Shown piece by piece: positions 60,916 to 64,000 of a DNA stretch of 64,000 nt. The position numbers and the translations under genes were made by a program. Within the stretch, counting starts at the first letter, position 1, and the number at the start of each line of letters is the position of its first letter. Origin of the DNA: an uncultured Solirubrobacteraceae bacterium (GTDB lineage Bacteria > Actinomycetota > Thermoleophilia > Solirubrobacterales > Solirubrobacteraceae); the NCBI GenBank assembly GCA_963738815.1, contig CAVTXW010000009.1:11536-75535 (forward strand), written 5' to 3'. The notes below the pieces were generated by a model. That model made no database searches, was not told where the DNA came from, and saw only the letters and a list, made by a program, of their open reading frames with translations.

Positions 60916-63900
60916 TCAGACCGCCATGCCGGCTGCGGCCGCGGCCGGGGCGACAGCCACGGCCGGCGCGACGGCCGCAGGCAGAATGCTCGTCAGCTCC
61001 GCCCGCAGCGTCGGCGAGTTCTCGACGCGGAACTCGTCGCCGAGGCGCAGGCGCCGGCGCGCCCCGTCCTCGAGCTCGACGATCACCCGTACGTCGGCGG
61101 GCCCGGGGAAGTCCTGGCAGACCTGCTTGAGCGACTCGATCACCTTCGGGGAGAGGTCCTGCGCGCGGACGGGCGGCAGGTCCAGCGGCTGCGCGGCGGC
61201 CTCGCGCTGTCGCGCCGCGGCCTTCGCCTTCTCCCGCGCCCGCTCGATCTCCTCGGCGGACGGCGCGAAGCGCTGCACCTCGCCGACGATCACGCAGGTG
61301 CTGCCGGCTTCCTTGTGGTCGACCCGTCCCTTCACGAGCACGATCTCGTCCGGGACGAGCACCGTCTCGAACTCGCCGAGCGCCTTGCCGAAGACGAGCA
61401 TCTCCACGGCGCCTGCGAGGTCGTCGAGCGTGGCGAACATCATGTAGTCGCCGCTGCGGGTGCGGATCCGCTTGGTCTCCGTGATGATCCCGCCGACCGT
61501 GACCTGATCCTTGTCGCGGCGTTCTGCCAGGGCGGAGAGCGGGCAGTCGGTGCGGGCGCGGAGCACCTCTTTCAGCGGCTTCAGCGGGTGCTCGGAGATG
61601 AACAGGCCGATCGCCTCCTTCTCGGCGGCGAGCAGCTCCTTCTGCTCGAACTCCTCGCCGAGGATCGGCGGGTGCGCCTGTGCGAAGGCGCCGCCGGGAG
61701 CGCTCGCCCCTGTCTCGCCTTCTTCGAGGTCGAAGATCGAGCCCTGTCCGATCATCGCGTCCTGCTGGACCTGCTGGCCTTTGGCCTGCGCCTTCTCGAG
61801 CACCTCGAGCATGCCGCGGCGGGTTGCGCCGGTCGAGCCGAACGCACCGCACTTGATCAGCGCCTCGATCGCCTTCTTGTTGACGGTGCGGTTGTCGACG
61901 CGTTCGCAGAAGTCCCACAGCGACGTGAACGGGACGTCCTCACGCGCGCGCTTGATCGCCTCGACAGCCTGGTAGCCGACGCCCTTGACCGCGTCGAGGC
62001 CGAAGCGGATGTTGCCCTCGACGACCGTGAACTCGTGGTCTGAGAGGTTCACGTCGGGCGGCAGGATCTCGATCCCCATCTCCTCGCAGCGCGCGACGAA
62101 GAACGGGACCTTGTCCTTCGTGGACATCACCGAGGAGATCAGCGCCGCCATGTACTCGGCGGTGTGGTTGGCCTTCAGCCAGGCCGTGCGGTAGCCGATC
62201 AGCGCGTAGCAGGCCGCGTGGGAGCGGTTGAACGAGTAGTCGGCGGAGCGCTCGTTGGTCGTCCACAGGAACTCGATCACCTGCTCGCTCGTGCCCGACT
62301 CGCGGCAGCCGGCGACGAACTCGGGCTTCAGCTCTCGCCATCGCGGCGCGGTTCTTCTTGCCGATCGCCTTGCGCAGGTCGTCGGCCTTCGCGCCCGAGA
62401 AGCCGGCGAGCTCCTTGGAGATCTGCATCGCCTGCTCCTGGTAGAGGATCACGCCCTTCGAGGATTCGAGGATCGGCCTCAGCCGCTCGTCGGGGTAGGA
62501 GATCGCGCCGGGGTTCTGCTTGCCCTTGGCGTACACGGGGATCTGGTCCATCGCGCCGGGCCGGTAGAGCGCGTTCAGCGCGATCAGGTCCTCGAACTCG
62601 GTCGGGCGCACCTTGCGCAGCGCCTCGCGCATGCCCTCGGACTCGAACTGGAACACGCCCGTCGAGTCCCCGCGCGAGAGCATCTCGTAGGTCACCGGAT
62701 CGTCGAGCGGCAGCGTCGTCATGTCCGGACGCTCGCCCGTCGAGCGCTCGATGATGTCGAGCGCGTCCTCGATCACGTCGAGGTTGCGCAGGCCCAGGAA
62801 GTCCATCTTGAGCAGGCCGATCTCCTCGATCGGCTTCATCGAGAGCTGCGTGACCGTGCGGTAGACCTTCTCGCCGTTCTCGTCGGTGCCGGCGTCGGCG
62901 AGCTGCAGCGGCACGATGTCGGTCAGCGGCCGGTCGGCGATCACGACCGCGGCGGCGTGGATCGAGGAGTTGCGCACGATCCCCTCGAGACCCTTCGCGA
63001 CGTCGACGATCTGGCGCGCCTGCGGGTCCTCGTCGTACGCCTTGCGCAGCGGCTGGCCCTGCTTCAGGCACTCCTCGAAGGACGGCGCGCGGCCCATGAT
63101 CGGGTCCGGGATCAGCTTCGCGAGGCGGTCGCCCGTGCCGTAGTCGAGCCCGAGCACGCGCGCCGCGTCGCGCGTGGCCGCGCGCGGGAACATCTTGCCG
63201 AAGGTGACGATCTGCGCGACCGACTCGCGGCCGTACTTCTCGGTCACGTAGCGCATCACGCGCTCGCGGCCGCGCACCGAGAAGTCGATGTCGATGTCCG
63301 GCATCGACACGCGCTCGGGGTTCAGGAAGCGCTCGAACAGCAGGTCGTACTCGAGCGGGTCGACGTCGGTGATCGACAGGCAGTAGGCGACGATCGAGCC
63401 GGCCGCCGAGCCACGCCCCGGGCCGACCGCGATGCCGTTCTCCTTCGCGTAGCGGACGAAGTCCCACACGATCAGGAAGTAGGCGTTGAAGCCCATCTTG
63501 TCGATCACGCCGAGCTCCATCTCGGCGCGCTCGCGCGCCGCGGCGGGAACGGGGTCGCCGTAGCGCAGCCGCAGCCCCAGCTCGACCTGCTCGTGCAGGT
63601 AGGCCTGCTCGTCGGCCGGCCGTCCGGCGTCGGGTAGCTCGGGATCAGCTGCTTGCCGAGCTCGATCTCGACGTCGCAGCGCTCGGCGATCTCCAGCGTG
63701 CTCGCGATCGCCTCGGGCCACTCGGCGAACGCGCTGTGCATCTCGGCGCTGTCGCGGAGGTAGAACTCGTTCGTTTCGAAGGTCATCTTCGGCGCCGCGA
63801 GCGTGCTCTTGGTCTGCACGCACAGCAGCGCCGTGTGGTGGTCGTAGTCCTCGCGGCGCAGGTAGTGCACGTCGCCCGTGCCGACCAGCGTCCCCCCGAC

Positions 63901-64000
63901 CTCGCGCGCGATCCTGACGATGCCCTCGTTGCACTTGTCCTGCGTCGGCGAGGCCGTTCTTCTGGACCTCGAAGTAGACGTTCTCGGGGCCGAACACCCG
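60916..64000 (-). CDS. dnaE: DNA polymerase III alpha subunit (5' end off the window; frameshifts near 63945, 63620 and 62335)
   Basis: GPGRGSAAGS, FERFLNPERVSMPDIDIDF, HAAAVV, KMDFLGL, GVFQFES, YQEQ, FNRSH, C-terminal OB fold. Confidence 0.97.

Noticed and set aside
60916-64000. Intein in dnaE
   Set aside because: Motif spacing looks normal and no splice-junction signatures were seen in the visible part.

Overview
High-GC (about 72%, estimated by eye) actinobacterial chromosome segment; gene content and style suggest Thermoleophilia/Solirubrobacterales (inference). It is mostly housekeeping and mostly on the minus strand. Amino-acid genes: argH (partial), ilvBN, ilvC, leuA, leuCD, leuB, ilvE, cimA, serC-serA, cysK-cysE. 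A classical menaquinone cluster (menE, B, A, C, H, D, F) lies between ilvN and ilvC in alternating orientation. Other core genes: gatCAB, folD, pcrA, gltX, nfo, dnaE (partial). Regulatory features read from the DNA: a Leu-rich leader peptide before leuA, a ZMP/ZTP riboswitch before serC, leaderless TANNNT promoters at many genes, a palindromic bidirectional -10 between menE and menB, and a sigma28-like promoter before an HDOD-LuxR gene. Best novelty candidates: (1) an unannotated structured RNA at ~52.18-52.34 kb with clustered CsrA-type ANGGA motifs; (2) a ZnF-UBP / receiver-glutaredoxin-like-TrxR-like / cNMP histidine kinase / GNAT module directly upstream of cysK-cysE, with a CymR-like Rrf2 gene nearby. 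From ~30.7 kb onward many genes, including essential ones, carry frameshifts that are best explained as sequencing or assembly errors. No tRNA, rRNA, CRISPR array or mobile element was recognised.
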